Source of the DNA: Acidimicrobiia bacterium
Lineage (GTDB): Bacteria; Actinomycetota; Acidimicrobiia; Spongiisociales; SHLN01
Assembly (NCBI GenBank): GCA_041619515.1
Contig: JBFKDW010000028.1
Location: forward strand, 1 to 32,930
Length of the DNA stretch: 32,930 nt
Direction of reading: 5' to 3'
Shown here: positions 1-9,348 of the stretch, one piece after another
Position numbering within the stretch: the stretch's first letter is position 1
Layout of the letters: every line of letters begins with the position of its first letter
The notes under the pieces: generated by a model
Databases searched by the model: none
Told to the model about the DNA's origin: nothing
What the model saw: the letters and a program-made list of their open reading frames with translations, nothing else
Position numbers and translations under genes: made by a program

Positions 1-1339
1 CGGGCCCTGCCGCTGCCTCGATGCGGCGGGCCAGCCCGGCCGCCGCCTCCATGGCCGCCTCCCAGCGGTCGGCGGCCCCGACGGCTCCCACCGCCTCCGG
101 TACCACGTAGCCGTGCTGGGTGCCGAGGCGCTGCCAATCGAGGGTCATCAGGCGATGGCGCTGCAGGTCTCGAAAGATCCCGTAGTCGCACAGAATGTCG
201 AAGCGATACCGGGTGCGCTCCATGCCCCGCCCGGGCTTGTGCCGGCGGTTGGAACGATCACCAACGTACGCCCGAATCAGGTCCCCGCGGGCGTCCTCAG
301 GCAGCCGCCGGGCAGCCTCCAGCAGCTGGTCGTCGGGCAGGTCGCTGTGGGCGTAGAGGGCGGCCGCCGCCACCTTCAGCTCGCCCTCCGGATCCCAGTC
401 GGTGAGGATCACCTCGGGTCGGCCGTCCGGCTCGATCCCCAGGGCGTGCCCTCGTTGGTCCATGTCGGTCCGGATGTCGGCCAGATACCGGCTCCATGTT
501 CCGCCCCGGTCGGGAATGTCCACTCGTTTCACGAACGATGGGATGACCTTGCGCAGCTCGTCGAGCATCAGCCGCGAGTAGTCACGAGCCTCGGAGAGCG
601 GGTGGGCGCGCATCCTGAGGAGAAGGGACTCATAGGCCTGGCCGGTGGCGTAGATGCCGACGTTCGACGTCGTGGCGGCCGGAAGCAAACCTCGTGCGGC
701 ATCACATGCCTTGGCCCGGATGGTCGACTTCCACACGAAGTCCGAGTCGTCCGGGCCCTGGGGGAACTGCTCCTCGAAGTGCGGCACCAGCAGGGCGATC
801 AGCTCGGAATACGTCTCGAACAGCCCGTCCATCGTGGCGGCGAACTCGGTCTCCAGGCCGGCCTCGCCGACCTCGGAGGGCGTGAAATATCGATAGCGAT
901 CCCCGAGCGGCCGGTCGTAGTAGATGTACCGGGTGCTCTGCTCGAGATACGCCGCCAGCCGTCCCCGCTCCAGCACCTTCGTGAGCAGATTGGAGGCTTG
1001 CTCGGTAGCGAGGTGAACGCCCCCCAATTGGGCGACCGAGTCGTCCCCGTACTCACTGAACACCCGCTGGTACAGTGCCTCGGCCTTGTGAGTCGCCACG
1101 AGCTGGTCGTCGGCCTGGAGCTGGGAAGCGATGGCATCGATACCCTGTTCGGGATCGGCCAGGAACTCGTCGAGCAGCAGCCGCCTGAGCGACTTGTGCG
1201 TTCGGCTGTAACGGGCAAACAGCGCGCCCTTGACCACCTCGGGCAGGTTGACGAGCGCAAACACCGGGCCGTCGAGGTTGGTGAAGTAGCGGGAGAGAAC
1301 CGCTCGCTCGTCGCTGCTGAAATGCTCTGCAAAGTACAC
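1..1339 (-). CDS. thyX: FAD-dependent thymidylate synthase, long two-domain form (3' end beyond window start)
   Basis: Translated by hand from GTG at 1339 (GGGGAG SD upstream): MYFAEHFSSDERAVLSRYFTNLDGPVFALVNLPEVVKGALFARYSR... It contains YGDDSVAQLG, LEQSTRY, ARGLLPAATTSNVG and DYGIFRDLQRHR. No stop was seen before the window edge, which would explain its absence from the ORF track. Confidence 0.88.
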   Translation of the reverse strand, partial: MYFAEHFSSDERAVLSRYFTNLDGPVFALVNLPEVVKGALFARYSRTHKSLRRLLLDEFLADPEQGIDAIASQLQADDQLVATHKAEALYQRVFSEYGDDSVAQLGGVHLATEQASNLLTKVLERGRLAAYLEQSTRYIYYDRPLGDRYRYFTPSEVGEAGLETEFAATMDGLFETYSELIALLVPHFEEQFPQGPDDSDFVWKSTIRAKACDAARGLLPAATTSNVGIYATGQAYESLLLRMRAHPLSEARDYSRLMLDELRKVIPSFVKRVDIPDRGGTWSRYLADIRTDMDQRGHALGIEPDGRPEVILTDWDPEGELKVAAAALYAHSDLPDDQLLEAARRLPEDARGDLIRAYVGDRSNRRHKPGRGMERTRYRFDILCDYGIFRDLQRHRLMTLDWQRLGTQHGYVVPEAVGAVGAADRWEAAMEAAAGLARRIEAAAGP

Positions 1340-1456
1340 GCCGGCTCCCCGGTGAAAGAGTTACAGGGATGTAATTATCAGGACATCTCCTGCCCAATGC
1401 AAATCGGGGGGCACAAGAGGGCACGCCATATCCACGGCCCCAACTACCATCGACGC

Positions 1457-1759
1457 ATGCACCCAACCGCCCTCCGGGCACTCGTCGTGGCAGCCATCCT
1501 CGCAATTCTGGCGGTGGCGAGCGTGCCGCTGCTCATCCTGCTCGATCTGTCCGGGGACGGAACCGGCTGGGGCATATGTGAGGCCGGGATCGAATCATGC
1601 CGCGTCGGCAACTTCCGCGGCCCGCGCCTCGCCGTGGTCCTCATGATCGTCCTCATCGCGCTGGTAGCCCTGCTCCGCTTCGTCGTCTGGGTGGCCGGCA
1701 TGCCCGGGCGGCGGCGTCAACCCGACCGCTACCAGCGAGACGACATCTTCATTCCGTAG
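1457..1759 (+). CDS. Small hypothetical membrane protein (100 aa, 2 TM helices)
   Basis: C-terminal part of track ORF 113..1759. ATG 1457 lies 6 nt after TACCAT. Two hydrophobic segments flank the loop GDGTGWGICEAGIESCRVG. Confidence 0.7.
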   Translation: MHPTALRALVVAAILAILAVASVPLLILLDLSGDGTGWGICEAGIESCRVGNFRGPRLAVVLMIVLIALVALLRFVVWVAGMPGRRRQPDRYQRDDIFIP

Positions 1760-2930
1760 GCGCCGCAGCCTGTGGGGAAACCGGAGGTCGGACGCCTTCA
1801 GGTGCGCTCGCCCAGGCGACCGCGATGACACCAAGCAGCACCACCAGCCGCGCCCAACCGGCCAATGCGCCGGGCACCCACCCCAGCTGGCCGAACTCGA
1901 GGACGGCGGCGACAACCGCCACCTCCCACGGCAGCCGCGTCGGCCGGCGCACCAGTGCGAACACGAGCAGCCCCAGCACCAGGCCGACCGTGTAGTAGCG
2001 GTTGGCGGCCGGATCGATGAGAAGTCGAAAGGCCACACCGGCCATGAGGACCGCCGACCACCGGCCTCGCCAGACGAGAGCTGCGGCGATGGCGGCCCCG
2101 CCCACCAGCTGTACCGGCCGGACCCAGGACGGTGTCGCAGCCGCAGTCACGCCGAGCGCGCGTAGCGACGAAGACGGTTCGTTGAGGATCTCGAACCGTG
2201 CCGTATCCAGCGTCCCGGCGTCGGCAATGAGGAACGGCGCCCACGTCAGCCCTGCCAGCACGAGCACGACCGCCACCCGCCACCATCGCCGGCGTCCGGG
2301 AAGAGTCGCCGCCAACGGGGCGAAGATGAGACCCCACGGCTTGGCGGCGCCGCCGACGGCCAGGGCCAGCACCACCCACCATGGCCGTCCACGCGTGATC
2401 GCCCAGACTGCTGCCGCAGCAGACGCGACGGTGATCGCGTCGTCGATGTGGGCGGTGCGCACCGCCACGTCCCCCCACACGAGCACGAACAGGATCCCAC
2501 TGACAATCAGCACCGTCTGAAATGCAACCGGGTCGAGATCAGGTCGCAGCCGCCGGATCGCGTCCGACAGCAGCCACACCACACCGATTCCCAGTGCCGA
2601 GAAAGCGACCATTGCCGTCCAATTCCCCAGCTCGCCCAGCGCAGTGAAGGGGAGCGCCACCACGATGCTGACCGGCCCGAACTGAAGGTCCGGGCGATCG
2701 GCGAAGAGGTGCAGGCCCCGGCTGCTCAGCAACAGGTCCGCGGCCTCGTCGAAGAAGTGCCAGGCCGTGGCATGGGGGAGCGGAACATGAAACGCCAGCA
2801 CGAGCATGCTGGTGATCGCGAAGATGATCCACGGCAGCCGCCTGGAGCCGGGCCACCTCGCATCGGACCAGCCGGATCGACGAGCCTGCCGCGACCCCGG
2901 CTGAGATACCGTCATCGTCTCCTCACCCAT
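1749..2930 (-). CDS. Polytopic membrane protein, possible GT-C-fold (GT87/DUF2029-like) glycosyltransferase
   Basis: 393 aa with about 10 hydrophobic segments. Loop LHLFADRPDLQFGP and motifs AHIDD and AAKPWG resemble GT87-like proteins; the family call is tentative. Confidence 0.55.
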   Translation of the reverse strand: MGEETMTVSQPGSRQARRSGWSDARWPGSRRLPWIIFAITSMLVLAFHVPLPHATAWHFFDEAADLLLSSRGLHLFADRPDLQFGPVSIVVALPFTALGELGNWTAMVAFSALGIGVVWLLSDAIRRLRPDLDPVAFQTVLIVSGILFVLVWGDVAVRTAHIDDAITVASAAAAVWAITRGRPWWVVLALAVGGAAKPWGLIFAPLAATLPGRRRWWRVAVVLVLAGLTWAPFLIADAGTLDTARFEILNEPSSSLRALGVTAAATPSWVRPVQLVGGAAIAAALVWRGRWSAVLMAGVAFRLLIDPAANRYYTVGLVLGLLVFALVRRPTRLPWEVAVVAAVLEFGQLGWVPGALAGWARLVVLLGVIAVAWASAPEGVRPPVSPQAAAPTE

Positions 2931-2956
2931 AGCCCCCGCACGCTACCGGGTGGCGG

Positions 2957-3850
2957 TCAATGGGGGCTGGTCGCTTCCGTGGCCACCTCGGGCTCGCCGG
3001 CGGTTGCCTGCAGCACCACGAAGATCGCGGCCAGGATCAAGCCCGCGCCCACCCATCCCCGGGAGGTCAACGCCGTGCCGGTGACAAGGGCGGCTGTCGC
3101 TGCCGCGAAGGCGGGCTCCAGCGCCAGAACGATGGCTGCGGTGGCCGCCCCGACCCGCGACTGAGCCCAGATCTGCAGCAGGAAGCCGCCGGCGGACGCT
3201 CCCAACCCCGTGATGATGAGTGCTGCTGCCACATCCCACCCCGGTGTGGCAAGGCCTTCTTTGAATGCGGCGACGATGAACGATCCGCCGGACGTGACCG
3301 CAAGCTGCAGAGCTGTGAAGGCGACGAGGTCATGACGATGCGCCAGGTGTGAAAGGAACACGATGTGAGCTGCGAAGGCAACGGCGGCGCCCACCGTGAG
3401 GACGTCCCCGACTTCGGGCTGGAAACCGTCCGTGAGCAGATAGAAGCCGCCGAAGGCGATCCCGGTGCCGGCCAGTACCCGGGGATTGAACCGGACCGGT
3501 CCCTGCAGCCGGCTCCACGCCAGCGCCAGCAGAGGAGTGAGCACGACGTAGAGGCCGGTGATGAGGCCCGAGTTGGCGGCTCCGGTGGTCAGCAATCCCT
3601 CGGTCTGCAGCCCGAAGCCGGCCACCAGCATCAGGCCGCCGATGGTGCCGTCCCTCCAGACCTGTGCCCCGCGCGGACGAGCGACCAGCAACAGGGCGAG
3701 CGCCCCGAGCAGGAACCGCCACCCCACGAAGTTGAATGGCGGCAGCAACCGGACGGCGTCCTCGACGACGACAAACGTCACACCGAAGAGGGCGGCGGCG
3801 CCGACGAGGGCGACATAGGCGGGCCGGTTGGTCAGGCGTTGGTCGGCCAC
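2957..3850 (-). CDS. DMT/EamA family transporter
   Basis: 297 aa with two 5-TM repeats; motifs LFGVTFVVV, GWRFLLG, GLITGLYVVLTP, LALEPAFA. Confidence 0.92.
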   Translation of the reverse strand: MADQRLTNRPAYVALVGAAALFGVTFVVVEDAVRLLPPFNFVGWRFLLGALALLLVARPRGAQVWRDGTIGGLMLVAGFGLQTEGLLTTGAANSGLITGLYVVLTPLLALAWSRLQGPVRFNPRVLAGTGIAFGGFYLLTDGFQPEVGDVLTVGAAVAFAAHIVFLSHLAHRHDLVAFTALQLAVTSGGSFIVAAFKEGLATPGWDVAAALIITGLGASAGGFLLQIWAQSRVGAATAAIVLALEPAFAAATAALVTGTALTSRGWVGAGLILAAIFVVLQATAGEPEVATEATSPH

Positions 3851-4287
3851 AGCGAGGCCACCGAGTCCGTCGCCAGGAACACCCCATGCGCCTCGGCGAC
3901 AACGATGCCGTCGCGGCTCAGGGAGCTGCCGATGCGCAGCCGCCTACCGGACGATTCGCCGAGCACTCCCGTCAGGTCGTAGAGCCCGGCGGTCTCGCCG
4001 GGTTTGCGAAAGCGCAGGTCGAGTGTGGCGGTGACCGCCATGGTGTCGGCCAGCAGCACGGCAGTCCAGGCGGATATCTCGTCGAGTGCCGCCGCGATGA
4101 CTCCGCCGTGGAGCGAGCCGACGGTCCCGCGGTGCTCGGGACGGGGAGCGAACGTCGCTGCGATCTCGCGGTCGGAGCGGCGATGGAACCCGTCAAGATG
4201 CAGCCCGATCGGGTTTGACAGGCCGCAGGCATAGCACTCGGCGTACATGCTGCGGAACTCGTCGATACGGTCGTCGGGAATCCTCAT
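3832..4287 (-). CDS. PaaI/hotdog-fold thioesterase
   Basis: CYACGLSNPIGL and LHGGVIAAALDE motifs, VTATLDLRFRKP; 4-nt overlap with xpt. Confidence 0.88.
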   Translation of the reverse strand: MRIPDDRIDEFRSMYAECYACGLSNPIGLHLDGFHRRSDREIAATFAPRPEHRGTVGSLHGGVIAAALDEISAWTAVLLADTMAVTATLDLRFRKPGETAGLYDLTGVLGESSGRRLRIGSSLSRDGIVVAEAHGVFLATDSVASLWPTNA

Positions 4288-4850
4288 TCGGGTTCCAGCA
4301 CTGCCACGCCGGCCTCCAGCGAGGTGACCCGGATCAGGGCATCGACGCTCCAGCCGTGGCTCTCCAGCCGTTCCCTTCCCCCGCTGAAGGTCTTCTCCAC
4401 CACGAACACGAACCCGAGTACCACCCCACCCGCCTCCTCGACGATCTCACCGAGCGCCTCGGCGGTGCGCCCGCCCGCCAGGAAATCGTCGACGACGGCC
4501 ACCCGCAGGCCGGGAGGCAGCACCCGCCTCGCCACCTCGACCCGGTACTCAGTCCCTTTCGTCGGGGAGGAGACTTCCCGAGCGAACGTGTATCGCTGAC
4601 CGACGCCCATGTACTTCTTGGCGTAGACCATCGGCACTCCCATGGCCTGGGCCGCCACCAGCCCGGGTGGGATCCCGCTTGCCTCGGCGGTGAGAACCAG
4701 GTCGGGGCGGGAGCCGGAGAACCGGGCAGCGATTGCCTCGCCTATCTCCGGAAACAGGTCGATGTCGACGCGATGATTTAGGAAATCGTCGACCTTCAGC
4801 AGGTCCCCCTCGACTCTGGCCCGGGTCTCGATCGCCTTTCGCAACAGCAC
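4284..4850 (-). CDS. xpt: Xanthine phosphoribosyltransferase
   Basis: LKVDDFLNHRVD, LTAEASGI, PRPP-binding VVDDFLAGGRT and VVEKTFSGGR match Bacillus-type Xpt. Confidence 0.88.
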   Translation of the reverse strand: MLLRKAIETRARVEGDLLKVDDFLNHRVDIDLFPEIGEAIAARFSGSRPDLVLTAEASGIPPGLVAAQAMGVPMVYAKKYMGVGQRYTFAREVSSPTKGTEYRVEVARRVLPPGLRVAVVDDFLAGGRTAEALGEIVEEAGGVVLGFVFVVEKTFSGGRERLESHGWSVDALIRVTSLEAGVAVLEPE

Positions 4851-4915
4851 GCAGGGGATCGTACCCGTTGTGGCGCCCCCGGGGGCCGGCCCCTCGCAAG
4901 TAGCATCGCCGTCTC

Positions 4916-5572
4916 ATGGCCGATTCCGATCCCACCCTCCACCGGGCCCGACTCGTGCTGCGGCGGCTCAAGCGGCGCTACCGGGAGATCGGTACCGCCC
5001 TCGACTACCGAAACCCCTGGGAGCTGCTCGTCTCCACCATCATCTCCGCCCAGACCACCGACGAGAACGTCAACGCTGTCACCCCCGAGCTGTTCCGACG
5101 GTGGCCGACACCGGCCGCCCTGGCGGGTGCACGAGCGCAGGAGGTTGAGCAGGTCATCTACTCGACCGGCTTCTACCGCCAGAAGACCAAGTCGATCATC
5201 TCCATGTCGGCCGACCTGATGGACCGGTTCGGGGGAGAGGTGCCGGATGATCTCGACGCCCTCGTGACGCTGCGAGGAGTGGGCCGGAAGACTGCCAGCG
5301 TGGTGCTGGCCGAAGCATGGGGAAAGCCGGCGATTGCCGTCGACACGCATGTGAAGCGGCTGTCGAGACGGCTGGGCCTCACCGCTCACACCGATCCAAC
5401 CAAGATCGAGCTGGATTTGCGCCGGCTCTACGACCGGCGCCAGTGGTCGGGCATCTCGATGCGGTTCATACAATTTGGCCGCGATGTCTGCATCGCCCGC
5501 AAGCCGCGATGCTTCGCGTGCCCGCTCAACGAGTTGTGCCCCTATCCGGACAAGACCCCGGCCGCCGGGTGA
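4916..5572 (+). CDS. nth: Endonuclease III
   Basis: LLVSTIISAQTTD, HhH LRGVGRKTA, IAVDTHV and the 4Fe-4S motif C-x6-C-x2-C-x5-C. Confidence 0.96.
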   Translation: MADSDPTLHRARLVLRRLKRRYREIGTALDYRNPWELLVSTIISAQTTDENVNAVTPELFRRWPTPAALAGARAQEVEQVIYSTGFYRQKTKSIISMSADLMDRFGGEVPDDLDALVTLRGVGRKTASVVLAEAWGKPAIAVDTHVKRLSRRLGLTAHTDPTKIELDLRRLYDRRQWSGISMRFIQFGRDVCIARKPRCFACPLNELCPYPDKTPAAG

Positions 5573-6873
5573 CCAGCTCCCGGAGGAGGCACGACCGGAG
5601 GATTCTGGCGCTCGGGGTGCCGGCGCTCGGGGCGCTCGCTGCCGACCCGCTCGTCAGCCTGGTTGATACCGCCTTTGTCGGGAGGCTGGGCACCACCTCG
5701 CTGGCGGCGCTGGGAATCGATGCCGCCGTCTTCGGCCTTGCGTTCTTCGCGTTCAATTTCCTCGCGTACGGGGTCACCCCGCTGGTGGCCAAAGCGCTGG
5801 GCGAGGGTGCACCCGACCGGGCGGCTCGCGTGATTGCCAACGGCCTGATGGCGGCGGCCGGTCTCGGGGTGCTGGTGTCGATCGTGCTGGTTGCGGCGGC
5901 CGGCCCGATTCTCGACGTGATGGGGGCCTCCGATCAGGTGGCCCGGGAAGCCGCCGGCTACTTGCGGATCCGGGCACTGGCCGCCCCCGCAGTCCTCATC
6001 ATCACGCTCGGCCATGGTGCGTTCCGCGGCCACCAGGACACCCGCACCCCGTTCTACGTGACGCTCGGCTTCAACCTCGTCAACCTCGTCCTCGACCCGC
6101 TGCTGATCTTCGGGGCCGGATGGGACCTCAACGGAGCCGCGGTGGCAACGCTGGTTGCCCAGTGGTTGGGGGCGGGATGGTTTCTCGTACTCATCCGCCG
6201 TCGGCTCGGGCTGCATTTCGGCGGCGTCGACCCGGCCGAGTTGTTCGGGTTGCTCAGGGTCGGCCGGGATGTCGTCATCAGAACGGCCGCTCTGCTCGTC
6301 ACGTTCACGTTTGCCACCCGGGTAGCCGCCGGCGTTGGCGATGCCCAGGTTGCCGCCCATCAGGTTGCCATGCAGATCCTGATCTTCCTGGCACTTTCGA
6401 TCGACGCGCTGGCCATCGCCGCCCAGAGCCTCATTGCTCGATTCGTCGGAGAGCAGCGCCCCACCGACGCCTGGGACGTCTCGGTGCGACTGCTGCAACT
6501 GGGCGCCGCCGCCGGGGTCGGTTTCCTTGCGCTGCTGTTTGTCACCCGCTCGGTCGTGCCGGGCTGGTTCACGAGCGCGCCCGACGTGCGAGAGGCAATC
6601 GAGTCCATCTGGCCGATCCTGGCGATCATGCAGCCGCTGGCGGCACTGGTATACGTATGGGACGGGATCGTCATGGGTGCCGCCGAGTTCGGGTACCTGG
6701 CCGGGGCCATGGTGCTCTCGGGAGTGGCTGCCATCGCGGTGCTGGCGCTGGTCATCCCGCTTGGCTGGGGGCTTTCCGGCGTCTGGTGGGGACTGCTGGT
6801 GCTCAACATGGTGCGGGCCGCCACCCTCGGTTGGTGGCATTTCCGGCCCCGATCGTCGCTCCGGCCGGCATGA
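5569..6873 (+). CDS. MATE family efflux transporter (DinF-like)
   Basis: GTG start overlaps the nth stop (GTGA). Motifs LAADPLVSLVDTAFVGRLG, GAFRGHQDTRTP, NLVLDPLLIF, AAHQVA. Confidence 0.92.
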   Translation: MTSSRRRHDRRILALGVPALGALAADPLVSLVDTAFVGRLGTTSLAALGIDAAVFGLAFFAFNFLAYGVTPLVAKALGEGAPDRAARVIANGLMAAAGLGVLVSIVLVAAAGPILDVMGASDQVAREAAGYLRIRALAAPAVLIITLGHGAFRGHQDTRTPFYVTLGFNLVNLVLDPLLIFGAGWDLNGAAVATLVAQWLGAGWFLVLIRRRLGLHFGGVDPAELFGLLRVGRDVVIRTAALLVTFTFATRVAAGVGDAQVAAHQVAMQILIFLALSIDALAIAAQSLIARFVGEQRPTDAWDVSVRLLQLGAAAGVGFLALLFVTRSVVPGWFTSAPDVREAIESIWPILAIMQPLAALVYVWDGIVMGAAEFGYLAGAMVLSGVAAIAVLALVIPLGWGLSGVWWGLLVLNMVRAATLGWWHFRPRSSLRPA

Positions 6874-6897
6874 TCGATGGATCCCGCCGCCGGGCGC

Positions 6898-8133
6898 TTA
6901 CTCACGCCCCGGGACGATGTTGACCGCCACATCGGCGGTGGCACCCCCCGTCTGATGCAGCACGACTCCCTTGGTCTCGGGGAGCATGAGGATGAGAGGA
7001 ATGGCGGCGACGGCGGCCCCGGCCAGGACCGTGATGCTGGTCGGCAGGCCCCAGCGGTCGATCGTCTGGCTCCCGAAGGCAAGACCGAGGATGGCACCCG
7101 TCACGCTCATTGCCGACAACAGCGCTCCGGCGACCACCCGGTTCTTGGTGGGGAACAGCTCGCTGCGCAGCGCGGCAAATGCGGGCACGTAGATGCTCGA
7201 TCCGAAGCTGCCGACCACGATCCACAGGATCAAGAGGGGTCCCGGCTGCCAGTAGAAGGCTGCACCGCCTGCCGCGCCGAGGGTCATTCCGAGCACTATG
7301 ACGGGCCGCCGACCCCAGGTGTCGGCGGCGCGTCCGCCGATGAGCAGGCCGGTGGCCCCGAGCGCACCCGCCGAGATGATGGTGAGACTGGAGGACAGGA
7401 CGGACCAGTTGAGGTCGTTGATGAGGTAGTCGGTGGCGAAGCTCACCGCCGGGCCGCTGAAGGCGCCGACTGCCAGCCCGGACAGGGCCAGAGGCCAGAA
7501 GTATCGTCCGATATCTCCCGTCATCACCTCGAACACCGCCGGCCGATCGAGTGGGCGATGAAAGGCCCGGCTCTCGCCGAGGAAGCGCCCGAGCAACGGG
7601 ACCGCAAGCAGGCCGATGATGCTGAGCCCAAACAGCCAGCGCCACCTGTCGGTCGGGAGCTCGAAGAGAGGCGCAAGCAAGAAGGCCAGGCCGCCTGCCA
7701 GGCTGCCGGCAACACCCCAGATGCCCATCGAGAAGCTGCGGATGCGGGGGCTGATCTCCTCGGCCAGATACACGATGGCGAGGGCGGCGACCGCCCCCGA
7801 CGCCGCCCTGGTCACCGCCTGGAAGAACGTGAACGCCACCACACCGGAGGTGAGGGCGGTGGCCAGATTGGCCGCCAGCATGGTGACCACTGCCACGAGG
7901 AGCGGTCGGCGCCTCCCGAGACGGTCGCCCCATATCCCGTAGGCGACTGCTGTGAAGCTCCCCAGCCGGATGATGGCGAGCATCCAGCTGGCGTCGCCTT
8001 TGCTGAGGCCGAGGTCGGGTCGGGAGAACGCCAGCGTCACCACCAGCAGGCTCCCGGCGAAGGCCTGCACGAACCCGGTCACCACCATCAAAGTGGTGAT
8101 GCGCCGGTCGTTGTGGGTGAATCGGTTGGTCAC
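6898..8133 (-). CDS. MFS transporter
   Basis: GTG 8133 overlaps the csaA stop. MFS motif A occurs twice (GIWGDRLGRR, GRAADTWGRR), plus YLAEE, SELFPT and LPETKG. Confidence 0.92.
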   Translation of the reverse strand: MTNRFTHNDRRITTLMVVTGFVQAFAGSLLVVTLAFSRPDLGLSKGDASWMLAIIRLGSFTAVAYGIWGDRLGRRRPLLVAVVTMLAANLATALTSGVVAFTFFQAVTRAASGAVAALAIVYLAEEISPRIRSFSMGIWGVAGSLAGGLAFLLAPLFELPTDRWRWLFGLSIIGLLAVPLLGRFLGESRAFHRPLDRPAVFEVMTGDIGRYFWPLALSGLAVGAFSGPAVSFATDYLINDLNWSVLSSSLTIISAGALGATGLLIGGRAADTWGRRPVIVLGMTLGAAGGAAFYWQPGPLLILWIVVGSFGSSIYVPAFAALRSELFPTKNRVVAGALLSAMSVTGAILGLAFGSQTIDRWGLPTSITVLAGAAVAAIPLILMLPETKGVVLHQTGGATADVAVNIVPGRE

Positions 8134-8456
8134 GCCACGTCGCTCCCGGGCGGGACCGGGGCGTCCGGCTCGAGGAGCACAACGCCGGCATCGGTGAGGG
8201 CACCCAGGACCAGGACGTCGGAGCGAAAACCGCCCACCCGCAGAGACGGGAAACCCGTCACCGCCACGAGCTGGCGGCCCACCAGGTCGTCGGCCTCGTA
8301 GCGGTCGGTGATCCTGGCGGAGGATTGCAGCTCCCCGTGCGGGCCGAAGTCGATCCACAGCTTGAGTGCGGGGTGCTGCGATTCCATGTTCGGCTCGGCG
8401 CGCCGGACGGTGCCGACCCGCACGGCCAGTGCCTGGAAGTCCTCTAACGTAGGCAT
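8130..8456 (-). CDS. csaA: CsaA-like tRNA-binding / export chaperone (OB fold)
   Basis: EDFQALAVRVGTV, LWIDFG, SSARITDRY, LVGRQLVAVTGF, GGFRSDVLVLG. Confidence 0.88.
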   Translation of the reverse strand: MPTLEDFQALAVRVGTVRRAEPNMESQHPALKLWIDFGPHGELQSSARITDRYEADDLVGRQLVAVTGFPSLRVGGFRSDVLVLGALTDAGVVLLEPDAPVPPGSDVA

Positions 8457-8519
8457 GAGGGCTGGACATTACAAGGGAACCGTTGCTGGTTGCCCGCCGT
8501 TAGCCCCTGGGAAGCCCGC

Positions 8520-9275
8520 ATGACCATTGAAGAGCTCAATCTCGTTGCCATACTCGGCGCCTTCTTCTTCGGCGCCCTCTCGTTTCTCTCGCCGTGTGTC
8601 CTCCCCTTGCTCCCCGGATACCTGTCGCTCATGTCCGGGTACAGCACCTCGGAGCTGAAGACGGGGGGCGCTTCGACCCGGACCATGCTGCGGGTCACCG
8701 GGCTGTTCGTCGGCGGGTTCACGGTCGTGTTCGTCGCCTGGGGCCTGGGCGCCAGCTGGGCGCTTCCCGGAACCGGATGGATCGTGTGGGCGGGGTGGTT
8801 CGTCGTCGTCATGGGCCTGTTCGTCTTCGTAACGGCCATCTGGAACCCACGGTTCCTGCTGCCGTTGATGCGGGAGCGACGCCTGGAGGTTCGCCCGTCC
8901 CGATTGGGCAAGTTCGCTCCACCGCTGATGGGGGTGGCATTCGGGTTCGGCTGGACCCCCTGCATCGGGCCCTTTCTCGGCGCCCTGCTTGCGTTCACTG
9001 CCGCCGACACCGCGTCGGCCTGGGAGTCGACGGTGCTGCTCGTGGCGTATTCCGCCGGTCTGGCGGTTCCCTTCCTGGCAGCGGCGCTCGCCACCAACAA
9101 GGTGCTGGCCGGCTTCGACGCCATCAAGCGCTTTCTCCGTCCAATTCAGGCCACCTCGGGGCTGCTGCTCGCCGGGTTCGGCGTGTTGCTCATCACCGGC
9201 GCCATCACGGATCTCTCGGTGTGGTTCAGCGACCTGTTACGCAGCATCGGCCTCGACAGTCTCAGCACCATCTAG
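8520..9275 (+). CDS. ccdA: Cytochrome c biogenesis protein CcdA (DsbD transmembrane domain)
   Basis: LSFLSPCVLPLLPGYLS and FGFGWTPCIGP redox Cys motifs; YSAGLAVPF. Confidence 0.94.
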   Translation: MTIEELNLVAILGAFFFGALSFLSPCVLPLLPGYLSLMSGYSTSELKTGGASTRTMLRVTGLFVGGFTVVFVAWGLGASWALPGTGWIVWAGWFVVVMGLFVFVTAIWNPRFLLPLMRERRLEVRPSRLGKFAPPLMGVAFGFGWTPCIGPFLGALLAFTAADTASAWESTVLLVAYSAGLAVPFLAAALATNKVLAGFDAIKRFLRPIQATSGLLLAGFGVLLITGAITDLSVWFSDLLRSIGLDSLSTI

Positions 9276-9348
9276 CAGGAGGAGAGCAGTCGGCCCGGCC
9301 CGGGGGAGATGGATCCCCTTGGTCCCGCGTTCCCTCTAGCCTCCACGC

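Noticed and set aside
113..1456. First 448 aa of the 548-aa + strand ORF
   Set aside because: It is the in-register antisense shadow of thyX. Only the last 100 codons look like a real gene.
5542..8301. Long ORFs 5542..6840(-), 6877..8301(+) and 6902..8203(-)
   Set aside because: They are antisense or off-frame shadows of the MATE and MFS genes with no recognisable motifs, as expected at high GC.
9276..9348. trp attenuator or leader peptide
   Set aside because: There is no Trp-codon ORF, and a -10 hexamer sits directly before the trpE start.
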